DNA of 64,000 nucleotides from SAR324 cluster bacterium REDSEA-S27_B3 (GTDB taxonomy: Bacteria > SAR324 > NAC60-12), in NCBI GenBank assembly GCA_001627865.1, contig LUQO01000041.1, positions 6,284-70,283 of the forward strand, written 5' to 3'. Within the stretch, counting starts at the first letter, position 1. The number at the start of each line of letters is the position of its first letter. A model generated the notes under the pieces. The model had not been told where the DNA came from, made no database searches, and saw only the letters and a program-made list of their open reading frames with translations. The position numbers and the translations under genes are program-made. This document shows positions 19,240 through 31,573 of the stretch, piece after piece.

Positions 19240-21489
19240 TTAAACGGAAAATTCCATTTCCATTGCGATGGCATTTTGCCATAAATCCCTGAGCAGATTC
19301 AATTCTGAGTATATAATCTTAGTGCCGTTAAAAGAGATTTCAAAACGCTCTTTAACCACCTTACCAATTTGCACACAAGGTACCTTGTACTGCAACATCG
19401 AGGAAACAATTTCTGATTCTTTTTCCTCGGAAACACTCAACAATATTCTGGATTGAGACTCGCTGAACAATACCACATCAGGACGCAAATCACTTTTCAG
19501 AACTACTGAAATTCCCATTTGTTCAGTACAGGATGTCAGCAATGCCAAAGAAAGTCCTCCATGTGAAAGATCATGCGCGGAAACAACATTGCCCCGGCGG
19601 ATGTTTTCCAGAACCGCCTGCTGCAGCTGCCGCTCCTTTTCCAAGTCCAGTTCCGGAGGCATACCGCTGATTTTCCCTGTTTGCATTTGCTGATAGGCGC
19701 CGCCTCCCAATTCTTCTTTAGTCTCACCCAACAGAAATAAAACATCTCCGGACTTTTGAAAAAACTGGGAGGTAGTGTAAGCATTGTCTTCAATCAGCCC
19801 CACAGCACCTACAACCGGAGTTGGATAAACTGCTTCCCCTTCGGTTTCATTGTAGAGACTGACGTTTCCTCCCACAACAGGCAAATTCAAATAACTGCAT
19901 GCCTCAGACATTCCGGAAACAGCTTGTTCCAGCTGCCAGAATATTTCCGGTTTTTCCGGATTTCCAAAATTCAAACCGTCTGTAATAGCCAACGGTCTTC
20001 CTCCGGAACAAACCACATTTCGCGCTGCTTCCGCAACAGCGCAACGTCCTCCTGTTTTAGGATCAAGAAATACATAGCGGGAATTGCCGTCAATACTCAT
20101 GGCCAATGATTTGTTTGTACCCTCCACTCTTACTACTGCCGCGTCCGACCCGGGACGTACCGATGTGTTGGTGCGTACCATGAAATCATATTGCTGATAA
20201 ACCCATGATTTTGAAGCTAATTCCGGAGTCTGAATCAATAGTTTGAAAACGTCAGTCAAATCTTCAGGAACATCCCAGTCAAGTCCGGACTCCTTCTGTC
20301 TATTAAGCACAGTTTCCGGAATTATTGATTCCCGCTGATAAACCGGAGTTGAACCGCAAACCGCTACCAAAGACAGTTCCGCTGCTGCCACACCATGATG
20401 ATTCAGTCGCAAAACCGGTTCTTCAATCACTTGTCCGACTGTAACAGCAGGCACATCCCACTTTTTGCAGATAGAAAAAATCTCTTCCTCTCTTCCAGGA
20501 TTTGCCACAAACAGCATCCTTTCCTGAGATTCAGAAAGCATTATTTCATAAGCAGACATATTTTCGGCACGCTGCGGAACCAAATCCAAATTCAGTTCCA
20601 TCCCCATGCCTCCTTTATATGACATTTCGGTGCTGGAACAAGTAAGCCCTGCCGCACCCATATCCTGAACACTGTATAAGGCTCCGCTTTGATAAACTTC
20701 AAGGCAGGCTTCAATCAGTAATTTGCCCATGAACGGATCACCTACCTGCACCGCGGGACGTTTTTCGTCTGAGTCCTCATTAAGTTCTTCCGAGGCAAAG
20801 GTCGCTCCATGGATTCCGTCTCTACCGGTGGATGCGCCCACATAAATCACAGATTTTCCGGCCCCTTCCGCCCTTCCATGCTGAAGCTGATCATGCCGCA
20901 AAACCCCCACACCCATGGCGTTGACCAAGGGATTGCCGGTGTAACATTGATCAAAACACACTTCACCTCCCACGGTAGGAACTCCGATACAGTTTCCGTA
21001 TCCCGCGATTCCAGCTACAACATGGCCGAATAGGTAGCGTGTCCTCTTTGCGGCAGCATTTCCGGAAAGCGGTCCGAAGCGTAAAGAATTGAGCACAGCA
21101 ATCGGTCGTGCGCCCATGGAAAATATGTCCCTTAAAATCCCTCCTACCCCTGTTGCAGCGCCTTGATACGGTTCAATAGCGGACGGATGATTGTGGCTTT
21201 CAACTTTGAAGACAACAGCATATCCGTCGCCAATATCGACCACACCTGCTCCTTCTCCCGGTCCCTGCAAAACATCCGGGCCATCCACAGGAAAAAGGGA
21301 AAGCAGAGGTTTTGAGTTTTTATAGGAACAATGCTCTGACCACATTACCCCGAAAATGCCGGTTTCGGTGAGATTTGGTTTTCTTCCCAGCAATTCCACC
21401 ACACTTGAGTATTCCTCATCATTGAGACCCATTTGACGGTATATTTTTTCACTTTGAATTTGGTCATTGGTGGGCTCTGTGGTGTGCAT
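19240..21489 (-). CDS. purL: Phosphoribosylformylglycinamidine synthase subunit II
   Basis: 749 aa. Motifs [15 protein letters not shown], and duplicated PurM-like domains. Confidence 0.95.
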   Translation of the reverse strand: MHTTEPTNDQIQSEKIYRQMGLNDEEYSSVVELLGRKPNLTETGIFGVMWSEHCSYKNSKPLLSLFPVDGPDVLQGPGEGAGVVDIGDGYAVVFKVESHNHPSAIEPYQGAATGVGGILRDIFSMGARPIAVLNSLRFGPLSGNAAAKRTRYLFGHVVAGIAGYGNCIGVPTVGGEVCFDQCYTGNPLVNAMGVGVLRHDQLQHGRAEGAGKSVIYVGASTGRDGIHGATFASEELNEDSDEKRPAVQVGDPFMGKLLIEACLEVYQSGALYSVQDMGAAGLTCSSTEMSYKGGMGMELNLDLVPQRAENMSAYEIMLSESQERMLFVANPGREEEIFSICKKWDVPAVTVGQVIEEPVLRLNHHGVAAAELSLVAVCGSTPVYQRESIIPETVLNRQKESGLDWDVPEDLTDVFKLLIQTPELASKSWVYQQYDFMVRTNTSVRPGSDAAVVRVEGTNKSLAMSIDGNSRYVFLDPKTGGRCAVAEAARNVVCSGGRPLAITDGLNFGNPEKPEIFWQLEQAVSGMSEACSYLNLPVVGGNVSLYNETEGEAVYPTPVVGAVGLIEDNAYTTSQFFQKSGDVLFLLGETKEELGGGAYQQMQTGKISGMPPELDLEKERQLQQAVLENIRRGNVVSAHDLSHGGLSLALLTSCTEQMGISVVLKSDLRPDVVLFSESQSRILLSVSEEKESEIVSSMLQYKVPCVQIGKVVKERFEISFNGTKIIYSELNLLRDLWQNAIAMEMEFSV

Positions 21490-21535
21490 TGAGGAATTCT
21501 TTAATCAGTATTGTTCGCTATGGTATGACAATTTT

Positions 21536-22204
21536 TTACGTTCTCATCATTAATGATTCAAAGAGAATTCGTCCGTCGGAGCTTCCCATCCATTCTGCCA
21601 TGGCACGTTCCGGATGCGGCATCATCCCCAGTACATTTCCTTTGCTGTTGGAAATCCCCGCAATTCCGGCAAGAGAGCCGTTAGGATTGTTTCCGGAATA
21701 GCGAAAAACAATTTGTGCGTTATCTTCCAGTTTCCGGAGTGTATCAGTATCACAGGTGTAATTGCCTTCGCCATGCGCGATCGGCAGTCGGATCTGCTTT
21801 GCTCCACGGCTGTATCCGGAAGTGAAACAGATATCAGTGTTGACAACTTCAAGGTTGACCGTGTCACATATGAAACGAAGTCCGGAGTTGCGGTGCAATG
21901 CTCCGGGGAGAAGACCGCATTCAGTCAGTATTTGGAAACCGTTGCAAATTCCGAGAATGTAAACTCCGGAATCTGCTGCACGACGCAGGGCTTTCAGTAC
22001 AGGCGCTTGCGAAGCCAAAGCTCCCGCACGCAATGCGTCTCCGTAAGAAAATCCTCCCGGCAGCAAAACCGCGTCATATCCCTCCAATGACTCACTGGTG
22101 TACCAAAGATATTCTGCTTCCATTCCTTCCACGGAGTTTGCCGCCTTGTAAAGATCAGAATCGCAGTTTGATCCGGGAAAAACAATCACCGCGCAGCGCA
22201 TCAT
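21536..22204 (-). CDS. purQ: Phosphoribosylformylglycinamidine synthase glutaminase subunit
   Basis: 222 aa. FPGSNCD, the nucleophile motif GICNGFQ, and MPHPER. The start overlaps the purS stop by 4 nt. Confidence 0.9.
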   Translation of the reverse strand: MMRCAVIVFPGSNCDSDLYKAANSVEGMEAEYLWYTSESLEGYDAVLLPGGFSYGDALRAGALASQAPVLKALRRAADSGVYILGICNGFQILTECGLLPGALHRNSGLRFICDTVNLEVVNTDICFTSGYSRGAKQIRLPIAHGEGNYTCDTDTLRKLEDNAQIVFRYSGNNPNGSLAGIAGISNSKGNVLGMMPHPERAMAEWMGSSDGRILFESLMMRT

Positions 22205-22449
22205 TCCTCTACAATTTCAAAGCTGTAATCTTCAATTACTGAATTGACAAGCAGTGACTCACACATTTCGCCCAGACGGGATTCTGCTTTGTTTGAATCG
22301 TTCTCTTCCAGCCAGACTTCAATTGATTTTCCAATTCGCACATTCTTTGCTTCATTGAAACCAAGGCTCTGCAATGAGTGCAGTACAGCCTGACCCTGAG
22401 GGTCAAGCACATCCTGTTTGAGGGAAACTGTTACAATTCCTTTGAGCAT
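22201..22449 (-). CDS. purS: Phosphoribosylformylglycinamidine synthase subunit PurS
   Basis: 82 aa with the VLDPQG motif, positioned between purC and purQ. Confidence 0.85.
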   Translation of the reverse strand: MLKGIVTVSLKQDVLDPQGQAVLHSLQSLGFNEAKNVRIGKSIEVWLEENDSNKAESRLGEMCESLLVNSVIEDYSFEIVEE

Positions 22450-22471
22450 GAAAAAGTTTAAAATATTTTTT

Positions 22472-23179
22472 TTAAATTGAGTTCAGTCGCCGCAAAACTT
22501 CAGCATAGGCGTCAGTTACACCACCCAGATCACGACGAAAACGGTCCTTGTCCAACTTTTCCTGTGTTTCCGCGTCCCAGAATCTGCAGGTATCCGGAGA
22601 AATTTCATCTGCCAGCAATAACTGGCCGGAAGCATCACGTCCAAATTCCAGCTTGAAATCAACCAATAATAATCCACGCGGCTCCAGCAAATTCAGTAAA
22701 TGGTTGTTGACCTCCAATGCTTTTTTCCGGAGTATTTCAAGATCAGACTCTGTTGCTAAACCAAGTGTTTGAATGTGAACATCAGCCAGCATTGGATCAC
22801 CCAGATCATCGTTTTTAAAATAAAACTCCACAATAGGTTCCGGCATTTTTCGTCCTTCTTCCCAGCCAATACGTTTGCTTAATGAACCTGCAGCAATGTT
22901 TCTGGTTACAACTTCCAACGGAACAATATCCACACGCCTTACCAACTGTTCTGTGTTTGAAATTTTTTTAACAAAGTGACTTTCTATTCCCTGTTCTTTG
23001 AGATAACTGAAAAAGTATGAAGAAATTTCATTATTTAACTGACCTTTTCCTTCCAGTTTCTCAAATTTTTCACCATTGAACGCAGTAGTATCGTTTTTGT
23101 AGGCAACCCGAATTATTTCCGGATTTTCTGTGGTATAAATTATTTTTGCCTTACCTTCGTAAAGTATGTTTTCCATCAT
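22472..23179 (-). CDS. purC: SAICAR synthetase
   Basis: 235 aa. YEGKAK, PLEVVTRN and LADEISPDTCRFWD. Confidence 0.95.
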   Translation of the reverse strand: MMENILYEGKAKIIYTTENPEIIRVAYKNDTTAFNGEKFEKLEGKGQLNNEISSYFFSYLKEQGIESHFVKKISNTEQLVRRVDIVPLEVVTRNIAAGSLSKRIGWEEGRKMPEPIVEFYFKNDDLGDPMLADVHIQTLGLATESDLEILRKKALEVNNHLLNLLEPRGLLLVDFKLEFGRDASGQLLLADEISPDTCRFWDAETQEKLDKDRFRRDLGGVTDAYAEVLRRLNSI

Positions 23180-23297
23180 TGCAGTTTTAGTTCGTGGTTG
23201 CTTTTTCTAAGACATTAAATGTGACGGAAACAACAAAAGCATCCCTCACAGGAAATAGTACTTTTGATACGTTTTCAAGATTAGTGTCTGTGAATAA

Positions 23298-24458
23298 TCA
23301 AAGCATCCGGGTTAGCAGTGACTCTTCCCAAATACCCAGCTTGATCAGAGATTTCAGCAAGGTGTCCGGAGACTCTGAAACAAAATTGAGGTGTCCCATT
23401 TTACGTCCAGTACGGGTTTCCTGCTTTCCGTATAGATGCAGTTTTGCTTCCGGAGGCAAGTGTTTCAGTTTTTTCAACAGCAAAGGTAAATGCTGACCCA
23501 AAATGTTGAGCATAACAGCAGATTGACATGTATCTGTTAATCCAAGCGGTAAATTTGTTATAGCCCTTATGTGCTGTTCAAACTGAGATGTGGCACAGGC
23601 GTTTTGTGTAAAGTGTCCTGAATTATGTGGACGCGGAGCCAGTTCGTTTACAACTAATTCCCCATCTGCCAGAACAAACATTTCTATGCAAAGCACCCCT
23701 TTGAGATCCAGTCCCTCCGCAACTTGCTTAGCTATAATTTGTGCCTGTTCCGCAACAGCTGGAATTAACCTAGCAGGAATGCGGCTGATGATCAGTATAT
23801 TTTTTTGATGCAAATTTTCAGCGACAGGAAAACAACGAACCTCGCCAAGACGATTACGTGCAACTATCACAGAAACTTCCTTTTCAAACGGAACATATTG
23901 TTCTGCAACAATCTCTGTGTCCGCATCATGCAGCTCGTTAAATGCATGAGGTATTTGCTCACTGCCTGAAACCAGAACCTGCCCCTTGCCGTCGTACCCG
24001 CCTGTGGCTGTTTTGAGAATCAACTTGTCAAACTGCTCGAAAGCCTGGGACAGATGATTTACAGTACTGATTTTTTTATAGGGAGCAATGGGGATTTTAA
24101 GGCGCTCAAGGAATGCTTTTTCTTTAAGGCGATTTTGTGAAATCCGCAGAATTTGGCTGCCCTGGGGAAGATCGACTCTTTCCTCAAGCCAGGCAACTGC
24201 GTGCGCATCCACATTTTCGAATTCGAATGTTACAACTTTGCAAGAATCAGCAAGCACCGTAAGCGCATGGCGGTCATCATAGTTTGCTGTAATTTGTTCC
24301 GCGCCGGCAAGAGCCGCGGGGCAGTTTGGATTTGGATCAAGCACCATGAAACGAAAGCTCATCGCATGACCGGCAAGCACCAGCATTTGTGCCAACTGGC
24401 CTCCACCAAGGATTCCAATTAAGGCTCCCGGCTGCAAAGGCTCCGGAACAGAATTCAT
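23298..24458 (-). CDS. purK: N5-carboxyaminoimidazole ribonucleotide synthase
   Basis: 386 aa. ATP-grasp fold, [11 protein letters not shown] and [12 protein letters not shown]. It overlaps purE by 4 nt. Confidence 0.9.
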   Translation of the reverse strand: MNSVPEPLQPGALIGILGGGQLAQMLVLAGHAMSFRFMVLDPNPNCPAALAGAEQITANYDDRHALTVLADSCKVVTFEFENVDAHAVAWLEERVDLPQGSQILRISQNRLKEKAFLERLKIPIAPYKKISTVNHLSQAFEQFDKLILKTATGGYDGKGQVLVSGSEQIPHAFNELHDADTEIVAEQYVPFEKEVSVIVARNRLGEVRCFPVAENLHQKNILIISRIPARLIPAVAEQAQIIAKQVAEGLDLKGVLCIEMFVLADGELVVNELAPRPHNSGHFTQNACATSQFEQHIRAITNLPLGLTDTCQSAVMLNILGQHLPLLLKKLKHLPPEAKLHLYGKQETRTGRKMGHLNFVSESPDTLLKSLIKLGIWEESLLTRML

Positions 24459-24955
24459 GGCAATTCTGCTTCCAGTACCGTCTTCCGGATTCGTTCACGC
24501 CTTCTTTTCAAGCGTTTACGCAGTTCGGGATCATGATTGGCAAGAATTTGTGCGGCAAGCAATCCCGCATTATGCGCCCCCGCGCCTCCTATGGCCAGTG
24601 TCCCTACCGGAACACCACGCGGCATTTGCACAATTGATAACAGGGAATCCTGACCGCTGAGAGCAAAGGTTTTTATTGGAACTCCAATTACAGGAAGCAG
24701 TGTTTGAGCAGCAACCATTCCCGGAAGATGAGCCGCACCTCCGGCACCGGCAATTATGATGTTTAAACCACGATCTTCAGCCTGTGACGAGTAAGCTGCC
24801 ATCCATTCAGGGGTTCTGTGGGCAGAAACAACTCGTTTTTCGTAACTGATGTTTAATTCATCCAGCACATCACATGCTTCCTTCATCGTTTCCCAATCAG
24901 AAGTACTGCCCATTATAACGCCTACCAATGGGGAGTCATTTTTTTTCTGAACCAT
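24455..24955 (-). CDS. purE: N5-CAIR mutase (class I PurE)
   Basis: 166 aa. [16 protein letters not shown] and [10 protein letters not shown]. Confidence 0.95.
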   Translation of the reverse strand: MVQKKNDSPLVGVIMGSTSDWETMKEACDVLDELNISYEKRVVSAHRTPEWMAAYSSQAEDRGLNIIIAGAGGAAHLPGMVAAQTLLPVIGVPIKTFALSGQDSLLSIVQMPRGVPVGTLAIGGAGAHNAGLLAAQILANHDPELRKRLKRRRERIRKTVLEAELP

Positions 24956-25133
24956 TATTTTTCTGTTTTAAAAAATTTCAAAATTCTAAAAACTAATTCA
25001 CTCATGTGAAACTTCTTCGTGATTATTTTTTTAGGATAAGCAGCTTTGAACTAATTGAAGATTGTGTAAATGAATTGGGAAATTCTGTCACAACTAACTG
25101 TAACAATATAATAAATTACAGTTCTTTATGTGT

Positions 25134-26321
25134 TCATTTTAATCCATAGAATTCTGCTAAGCGTTCAAATCCCGGACGGGAATTATCGATGGTAGCAGTT
25201 TCACAGCAAAGCGAAATACGAAAATGTCCAGAACCGCCAAAACCTGCGCCTGGAACAAGTAAAATATTTTCCTGTTGTGCCCTTTTCACAAACGCAACGT
25301 CATCCGGCTCTGGAGATTTGGGGAAAATATAAAAAGCGCCTTGAGGTTTTACTGCTTCAAATCCCAACTCTGTAAGCATTGACAAAAGCCTGTCACGTAA
25401 TTGTTGATAAATAGAAATATCAACACGTGCTTTACCCAGCATAGGCAGAATTTTTTGCATCATTGCAGGAGCATTGACGAAACCCAAAATTCGGTTGCAC
25501 AGCACCAATGCTTCTCGCAGTTCCTGCTTTTCTATCACTTCAGGATGAACTGCGATGTAGCCTATGCGTTCTCCGGGAAGCCCTAAATCTTTGGAGTGTG
25601 AATTAACTAAAATCGTATTTGCATAGCTCAGGAACGCATTGCTGTTTTTCAATCCGTCATAGACCAGATAGCGATAAATATCATCGGAGACCAAATAAAT
25701 CGGATGACCGAACTCTCTCTCTTTGCGTAGCAGTAACTGCCCTAATTCATCCAATGTTTGCTGTGAATAAACCGCGCCTGTAGGATTATTAGGACTATTG
25801 ATTAAAACTATCTTTGTCTTCTTTGTCAGGTTTTCTTCAATTAAATCAAGGTCTGGTTGAAACTCAGAAGTTGTTTTAGCTATGGTCAGCAAACCTCCAT
25901 TATTTCGAACGTATGTGCCATACTCCACAAAATATGGAGCAAATGTCAGCACCTCATCTCCCGGATCTAGCAATGCCTTGAACACAACATTCAAGCCGCC
26001 TCCTGCACCGGCACACATTACCACATCCTCCATTTCAAAAGGATAACCGGTTTCTTCACGCATTATTCCGGCAACAAATTCACGTGTTTCCGGGAATCCG
26101 GCGTTCGGCATATAGCGGTGCATCCCTTTTGTTGGATTATTCAGTAAGTTGAGCAGTGCCGCATGAACTTGTTCCGGAGGTTCAAGGATGGGATTGCCAA
26201 GAGAAAAATCAAATACATTATCTGCCCCATACTCAGCCTTGAGACGTGCTCCTTCCTCAAACATTTGTCTGATCCAGGAACCTTTCTTCATTATTTCACT
26301 TATGGAATACGAAATGGCCAT
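25134..26321 (-). CDS. Class I/II PLP-dependent aminotransferase (aspartate/aromatic-type)
   Basis: 395 aa. NSPNNPTG, and SHSKDLGLPGERIGY (PLP lysine context). Confidence 0.8.
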   Translation of the reverse strand: MAISYSISEIMKKGSWIRQMFEEGARLKAEYGADNVFDFSLGNPILEPPEQVHAALLNLLNNPTKGMHRYMPNAGFPETREFVAGIMREETGYPFEMEDVVMCAGAGGGLNVVFKALLDPGDEVLTFAPYFVEYGTYVRNNGGLLTIAKTTSEFQPDLDLIEENLTKKTKIVLINSPNNPTGAVYSQQTLDELGQLLLRKEREFGHPIYLVSDDIYRYLVYDGLKNSNAFLSYANTILVNSHSKDLGLPGERIGYIAVHPEVIEKQELREALVLCNRILGFVNAPAMMQKILPMLGKARVDISIYQQLRDRLLSMLTELGFEAVKPQGAFYIFPKSPEPDDVAFVKRAQQENILLVPGAGFGGSGHFRISLCCETATIDNSRPGFERLAEFYGLK

Positions 26322-26434
26322 TGGACTACTTTAAATATGGCAGGAAAATCTCCTGAAAACCGGAGATTAGATTACTTGAATTTTTGATGAAGATTTCAGA
26401 CAGATTATGCAGGATTCTGTCATGAAGGAATTTG

Positions 26435-27550
26435 TCAGGAAAAAAGATTTTTTATTGATTCGACAAAGTTTTCCCGTATCGGATTGCTTTCTTCATCACA
26501 GCAATCATCAAATTCTTTCAGCAAATCATTTTGCCGCGCAGATAATTTTGTCGGAGTTTCCACTACAACTCTCACGTGCAAATCTCCTCTTTGGCTGCTT
26601 CTCAACTGCGCGATGCCCTGGTTTTTTAATCTGAAGATTTTGTGAGTTTGTGTACCTGCAGGAATTTTCAGCCGGGCTTTACCTTCCAAAGTTGGAACCT
26701 CAAGATCACTCCCAAGTGTTGCTTGAGCAAAACTGATCGGTACTTCGCAATAGATGTCTGCACCGTCTCTTTCAAAAAGTGAATGTTCTTTGACACGTAA
26801 AACTATGTAAAGATCACCACTTGATCCTCCATTTGCTCCGTGCTCTCCTTCTCCGGTTAGTTTGATCCTTGATCCGGAATCAACTCCGGCAGGGATATTA
26901 ACTCTGATACGTTTTGTTTTGGAAACGCGTGTTCTTCCATGGCAAGTCTTGCATGGTCTGGCAATTGTTTTACCACGCCCGCCGCAGCTGCTGCATGTAG
27001 TAGCAACACTGAAAAATCCCTGCTGAACCCGTTGCTGTCCTGTACCTCCGCAAGAACCGCAAATCCTTATATCTTTTTCAGATTCTGCTCCAAGACCACT
27101 GCATGCGTCACACGTTTCCATTCGAGGAACATCAATTTCATTTGAAGTGCCAAAAGCAGCATCTTCAAAAGAAATTTCCATATTATACTGCAGATCTGAT
27201 CCACGCTCACCTCTGCTGGACGCGCCCCCTCCTGTACCGCCGAAGAATTCACTGAAAATATCTCCGAAAACATCACCGAATCCTCCTGCGCCGGCGCCGC
27301 CAAATCCACCCATTCCGCTTCCCAAGCCTTCAGCGGCATGTCCGAACTGATCATAGCGCGCGCGTTTTTCTCTGTCTCCAAGCACCTCGAAAGCTTCTGA
27401 AGCTTCCTTAAAATTTTCTTCTGCTTTTTTATCTCCGGGATTGCGATCTGGATGATGTTTCATGGCGACCTTACGGTACGCTTTTTTGAGTTCATCTTCT
27501 GAAGCGTTACGGGACACACCCAGCACTTCATAATAATCGCGTTTTGCCAT
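26435..27550 (-). CDS. dnaJ: Molecular chaperone DnaJ
   Basis: J-domain with HPD (KHHPDRNPG), a G/F-rich linker, and four CxxCxGxG zinc motifs. Confidence 0.95.
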   Translation of the reverse strand: MAKRDYYEVLGVSRNASEDELKKAYRKVAMKHHPDRNPGDKKAEENFKEASEAFEVLGDREKRARYDQFGHAAEGLGSGMGGFGGAGAGGFGDVFGDIFSEFFGGTGGGASSRGERGSDLQYNMEISFEDAAFGTSNEIDVPRMETCDACSGLGAESEKDIRICGSCGGTGQQRVQQGFFSVATTCSSCGGRGKTIARPCKTCHGRTRVSKTKRIRVNIPAGVDSGSRIKLTGEGEHGANGGSSGDLYIVLRVKEHSLFERDGADIYCEVPISFAQATLGSDLEVPTLEGKARLKIPAGTQTHKIFRLKNQGIAQLRSSQRGDLHVRVVVETPTKLSARQNDLLKEFDDCCDEESNPIRENFVESIKNLFS

Positions 27551-27628
27551 GAAAATTCGTTAAGGGCTTACAGGTTCATTGTGCAAGCTTCAGTTATATC
27601 GTGATTTCTTCCTTTCACTAAAATCTGC

Positions 27629-29554
27629 TTACTTTTTTACTTCTTCAAAATCCGCGTCAACGATATCATCTTCTTCTTTTGCGGATTTTTCTTCACCGGC
27701 TGAAGTTTCTTCACCTCCCTCTGATGAATCATCACCTTCGGGTTTTGCCTGTTGCTGACTGTATAACATTTCTGCCATTTTGTGCGAGGCCTGACTTAAG
27801 GCTTCAATATCACTTTTAATGGCATCAACATCATCTGTTTCAATGCTCTTCTTCAATTGTTCAGTACAAGCTTCAATTTTCGATTTATCTTCTTCCGACA
27901 GCTTATCACCAAGTTCACTTACGGATTTTTCGGTACTGTAAATCAAGGTTTCAGCCTGGTTTTTCACATCAACACTTTCCCGCTTGGCCTTATCCTCATC
28001 CGCAAACTGTTCTGCTTCATTGATCATTTTCTCTACATCTTCTTCAGAAAGTCCACCTGAAGATTCAATTTTTATCGCCTGTTCTTTCCCGGTTCCCATG
28101 TCTTTGGCGCTGACGTGAACAATTCCGTTTGCGTCTATATCAAAAGTTACCTCAATTTGGGGTACACCACGTGGTGCTGGCGGGATGCCTACCAATTCAA
28201 AACGCCCGAGCGTCTTGTTGTCGGGTGACATTTCCCTTTCACCCTGCAAAACATGAATGCTGACAGCAGGCTGGTTGTCTGCTGCGGTTGAGAAAGTCTG
28301 ACTTTTTCGTGTGGGAATGGTAGTGTTGCGCTCGATCAACCTGGTCATCACATTTCCAAGGGTTTCAATACCAAGCGAAAGTGGTGTTACATCCAGCAGT
28401 AAAACATCCTTCACATCACCTTTAAGTACTCCGCCCTGAATTGCAGCTCCAATTGCCACAACTTCATCAGGATTCACACCTTTGTGCGGCTCTTTACCAA
28501 AGAAGTCCTTGACTGTCTCCTGGACCTTAGGCATTCGCGTCATTCCTCCAACCAGTATCACTTCATTGATATCCTTGGATGTGCATCCCGCGTCTTTTAA
28601 GGCTTTGTGGCAGGGATCAATTAAGCGCTTTACAAGATCGTCCACCAGTGATTCAAACTTGGCACGTGTAATTTTAATGTTAAGGTGTTTTGGTCCGGAC
28701 GCATCGGCGGTAATAAAGGGTAAATTTACATCTGTTTCTGAACTGGATGACAATTCATGCTTGGCTTTTTCAGCAGCCTCCTTAAGACGTTGAAGCGCCA
28801 TTTTGTCTTCACGCAAATCGATCCCGCTGTCTTTTTTGAACTCTTCCGCAAAAAAACCTATAAGCCGATTATCAAAGTCATCACCGCCAAGAAATGTGTC
28901 GCCATTGGTGGCTTTCACATCAAAAACACCCTCGCCTATTTCCAAAATAGAAATATCAAAAGTACCGCCACCCAGATCAAAAACTGCAATTTTCTCATCA
29001 TGCTTTTTATCCAGACCATAAGCCATTGCCGCGGCAGTTGGTTCGTTTATGATGCGGAGTACTTCAAGTCCGGCAATTTTCCCCGCATCCTTGGTAGCCT
29101 GACGTTGAGCGTCACTGAAATAAGCAGGTACGGTAATCACAGCTTCATCAACTGATTCCCCCAGATATTCCTCAACTGTCTGTTTCATTTTCTGCAAAAC
29201 GGAAGCAGATATTTCCTGAGGCGTATAGTTTTTACCATCCACTTTCACACAAGCCAGATTTTGATTTCCTTTTACAATTTCGTAAGAAACCATCTCTTGC
29301 GTGTGTTTAACTTCAGCAGATTTCAGTTCCTGCCCCATTAAGCGCTTAATTGAATAAATTGTACGCTGAGGGTTTGTAACAGCCTGGCGTTTAGCAACCT
29401 GTCCTATCAAGCGTTCACCTTCATCATTAAATGCGACCATAGATGGTGTTGTGCGTGTTCCTTCCGCATTTTGTATGACTTTAGGGTCACCGCCCTCCAT
29501 GATACTTACACATGAATTTGTGGTTCCTAAATCTATGCCTATGACTTTTCCCAT
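27629..29554 (-). CDS. dnaK: Molecular chaperone DnaK (Hsp70)
   Basis: 641 aa. [17 protein letters not shown] and [11 protein letters not shown]. Confidence 0.98.
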   Translation of the reverse strand: MGKVIGIDLGTTNSCVSIMEGGDPKVIQNAEGTRTTPSMVAFNDEGERLIGQVAKRQAVTNPQRTIYSIKRLMGQELKSAEVKHTQEMVSYEIVKGNQNLACVKVDGKNYTPQEISASVLQKMKQTVEEYLGESVDEAVITVPAYFSDAQRQATKDAGKIAGLEVLRIINEPTAAAMAYGLDKKHDEKIAVFDLGGGTFDISILEIGEGVFDVKATNGDTFLGGDDFDNRLIGFFAEEFKKDSGIDLREDKMALQRLKEAAEKAKHELSSSSETDVNLPFITADASGPKHLNIKITRAKFESLVDDLVKRLIDPCHKALKDAGCTSKDINEVILVGGMTRMPKVQETVKDFFGKEPHKGVNPDEVVAIGAAIQGGVLKGDVKDVLLLDVTPLSLGIETLGNVMTRLIERNTTIPTRKSQTFSTAADNQPAVSIHVLQGEREMSPDNKTLGRFELVGIPPAPRGVPQIEVTFDIDANGIVHVSAKDMGTGKEQAIKIESSGGLSEEDVEKMINEAEQFADEDKAKRESVDVKNQAETLIYSTEKSVSELGDKLSEEDKSKIEACTEQLKKSIETDDVDAIKSDIEALSQASHKMAEMLYSQQQAKPEGDDSSEGGEETSAGEEKSAKEEDDIVDADFEEVKK

Positions 29555-29659
29555 AATTGTTCTCCTTGTTCTTTTTTGAATTCGTCTTTGAGATAAATTT
29601 CTGATCTACCTCAAAATGTTATAAATAAAAAATTGTAAATGTTTATTCTGCTGAAAAAC

Positions 29660-30268
29660 TCAGCTTTTTCCGGACACACGGACCATTGCCGGACGAATGA
29701 TACGGTCGTGCAGGAGATATCCTCCAAGACATTCCTCCACAACATGATTTTCAGGGACAGACTCTGACTGCACTAAACCAACAGCCTGGTGGATGTTGGG
29801 ATCAAATATTTCTCCCACAGTGTTTACTCTGGATACTCCGAACTTTTCAAAAACTTCATGTGTCATTTTGCTGACCATCTCCAGACCCTCTATCATGCTG
29901 TCAAAATCCTTATTTTCACTCTTTGCGTGCGAGATTGCTCGTTCAAGGTTGTCCAGAGAAGGAAGCAGTTCTTTGATCAGGTCCATATTAAAATATTTGA
30001 ACCGATCAGTATTTTCTCGAATCATTCGCTTTTTATAATTTTCAAATTCCGCATTTACTCTTAGGTAACGTTCCTCCATATTCTGAGCACGGGAGCGTTC
30101 CTTTTCCAGAACATCTTCCTCCACAGTTTCAGATTCTGTCTGATCTTCTTTAGCTGCGGAAATTTCCTCAGCAGATTCTTCTTCTGGAGTCTCTACTTTG
30201 TTCTCTTCTTTGGGTTTTATATCTTTCTGCTTTTTAACAGCAGGTTCTTTCTTTTTTCTGGTACTCAT
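29660..30268 (-). CDS. grpE: Nucleotide exchange factor GrpE
   Basis: 202 aa. Acidic N-terminus, RVNAEFENYKKR, and FDPNIHQAV. Confidence 0.9.
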   Translation of the reverse strand: MSTRKKKEPAVKKQKDIKPKEENKVETPEEESAEEISAAKEDQTESETVEEDVLEKERSRAQNMEERYLRVNAEFENYKKRMIRENTDRFKYFNMDLIKELLPSLDNLERAISHAKSENKDFDSMIEGLEMVSKMTHEVFEKFGVSRVNTVGEIFDPNIHQAVGLVQSESVPENHVVEECLGGYLLHDRIIRPAMVRVSGKS

Positions 30269-30284
30269 TTTGTCTTTTATTCAG

Positions 30285-31370
30285 TCAGTCGTAAGACTGC
30301 TCGCTGATAGTTTTGGACAGCAATTTTGCTGTATAATCAACTGTTGATATTATGTGTTTATAATTCATACTGGTTGGACCCACAACTCCTATGGAACCTA
30401 AAACATTTTTCTTGTTCCGATAACTGGCTGTGATAAGTGAGCATCTTTGCAATTGCTTATAGTCATTTTCAATGCCGATAAATATATGCACACCTTTATG
30501 CTTCATTGATTCATCAAGTATTTTAAGCAATGCGGTTTTCTGATCAAATGCGTCAATCAAGGAGCGAACTGAAGACTGTTCATGAAAATGTGAATCCAAA
30601 AGCAGGTTCATCTGCCCTTCAATGAACATTTCTCCAGGTTGATTCAAATCAAAGGCTTTTTTCCCCAACCTGACCGCGTGAGCCAAAAGATCGTGGTAAC
30701 GGTGACGGTCACTCACAATGCTTTGGTGAATGCCATCCCGTATTTCCTGCATGGAATGATTTTTAAACTCTTCGTTCAGGAAAGCGGTTACTGAGTTGAG
30801 AAATTCCTGTGAATGGCTCTCCTTGACAAAAATGATCTTATCACGCACCACGCCGGCTTTTGTAACAAGAATTACTAAGATCCTGTCTTCACTTATTTTT
30901 ATTAATTCAATGCGCTGAAGACGACTGACTTCCGCCTTGGGAGTACTGACCACACAGGCAAATTTTGTAAGATCTGCCAGTAAGTGTACAGTCTCTGCCA
31001 AAATATGCTCTACCTGAGAACCACGGCCATTTGAAACCGGAGAAAATTTCTGTTTAATCTGGTCTGGAACTGTGGTTGGCTCGGATAAGGAATTTACGTA
31101 AAATCTGTAAGCCTTGTCGGTGGGTACGCGTCCTGCTGAGGTGTGAGTCTGAATCAGAAAACCGGATTCAGCAAGGTCAGACATTATGTTCCGGATGGTT
31201 GCCGGGGAGAGCTTAAATTCTATTGATTTTGAAAGTGTTCGTGATCCTACTGGTTCTGAAAATTCTATATAATTTTCTATTATGCTTTGGAGTACTATAC
31301 GTGCACGCTCGTTTAACGCCTGGTTTTCGTGTACTCCTTTATTCCCGGTGCCTGTCACCCTAATTCTCAA
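30285..31370 (-). CDS. hrcA: Heat-inducible transcription repressor HrcA
   Basis: LNERARIVLQSIIENYIEFSEPVGSRTLS is the winged-helix N-terminus. It is the first gene of hrcA-grpE-dnaK-dnaJ with a CIRCE element just upstream. The start is ambiguous (TTG at 31370 or GTG at 31358). Confidence 0.88.
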   Translation of the reverse strand: MRIRVTGTGNKGVHENQALNERARIVLQSIIENYIEFSEPVGSRTLSKSIEFKLSPATIRNIMSDLAESGFLIQTHTSAGRVPTDKAYRFYVNSLSEPTTVPDQIKQKFSPVSNGRGSQVEHILAETVHLLADLTKFACVVSTPKAEVSRLQRIELIKISEDRILVILVTKAGVVRDKIIFVKESHSQEFLNSVTAFLNEEFKNHSMQEIRDGIHQSIVSDRHRYHDLLAHAVRLGKKAFDLNQPGEMFIEGQMNLLLDSHFHEQSSVRSLIDAFDQKTALLKILDESMKHKGVHIFIGIENDYKQLQRCSLITASYRNKKNVLGSIGVVGPTSMNYKHIISTVDYTAKLLSKTISEQSYD

Positions 31371-31400
31371 AAGATAACCTCCATGTAAATATATAAATTA

Positions 31401-31427
31401 TTAGCACTCGTTAATGAATAGTGCTAA
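31401..31427. promoter_or_regulatory. CIRCE operator (HrcA binding site)
   Basis: TTAGCACTC-gttaatgaa-TAGTGCTAA matches the TTAGCACTC-N9-GAGTGCTAA consensus in 17 of 18 arm positions. It lies 30 nt upstream of hrcA. Confidence 0.9.
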
Positions 31428-31428
31428 T

Positions 31429-31456
31429 AATTTACAATATATGTGGAATAAGTCAA
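31429..31456 (-). promoter_or_regulatory. Putative sigma70-type promoter of the hrcA operon
   Basis: The minus strand reads TTGACT, 16 nt, TAAATT, immediately followed by the CIRCE element. Confidence 0.4.
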
Positions 31457-31573
31457 GCCTAAGAAAAGCATAAGATTAATATTTATCGCAAAATATGCCT
31501 GGCTGGATAAACGAAAATATAAATCATTGCCTTTACAATTTTGATAATCAAATATAAAGCATTTATGTATCGG

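Noticed and set aside
25096-25123. An 8-bp hairpin (aactgtaa N12 ttacagtt) after the aminotransferase gene as a possible terminator. A similar 7-bp hairpin occurs at 26347-26368 after dnaJ.
   Set aside because: The stems are AT-rich, and there is no U-tract (25096) or only a very short one (26347) on the transcribed strand.
24956-25133. Purine riboswitch upstream of purE, and a ZTP (pfl) riboswitch upstream of the purH-like gene at 38802-38997.
   Set aside because: I read both leaders on the coding strand. I could not find the conserved cores, neither a purine-aptamer three-way junction nor the GGGUCGUG / CCGCCUGGGC-type ZTP elements. A covariance-model scan would be needed for certainty.
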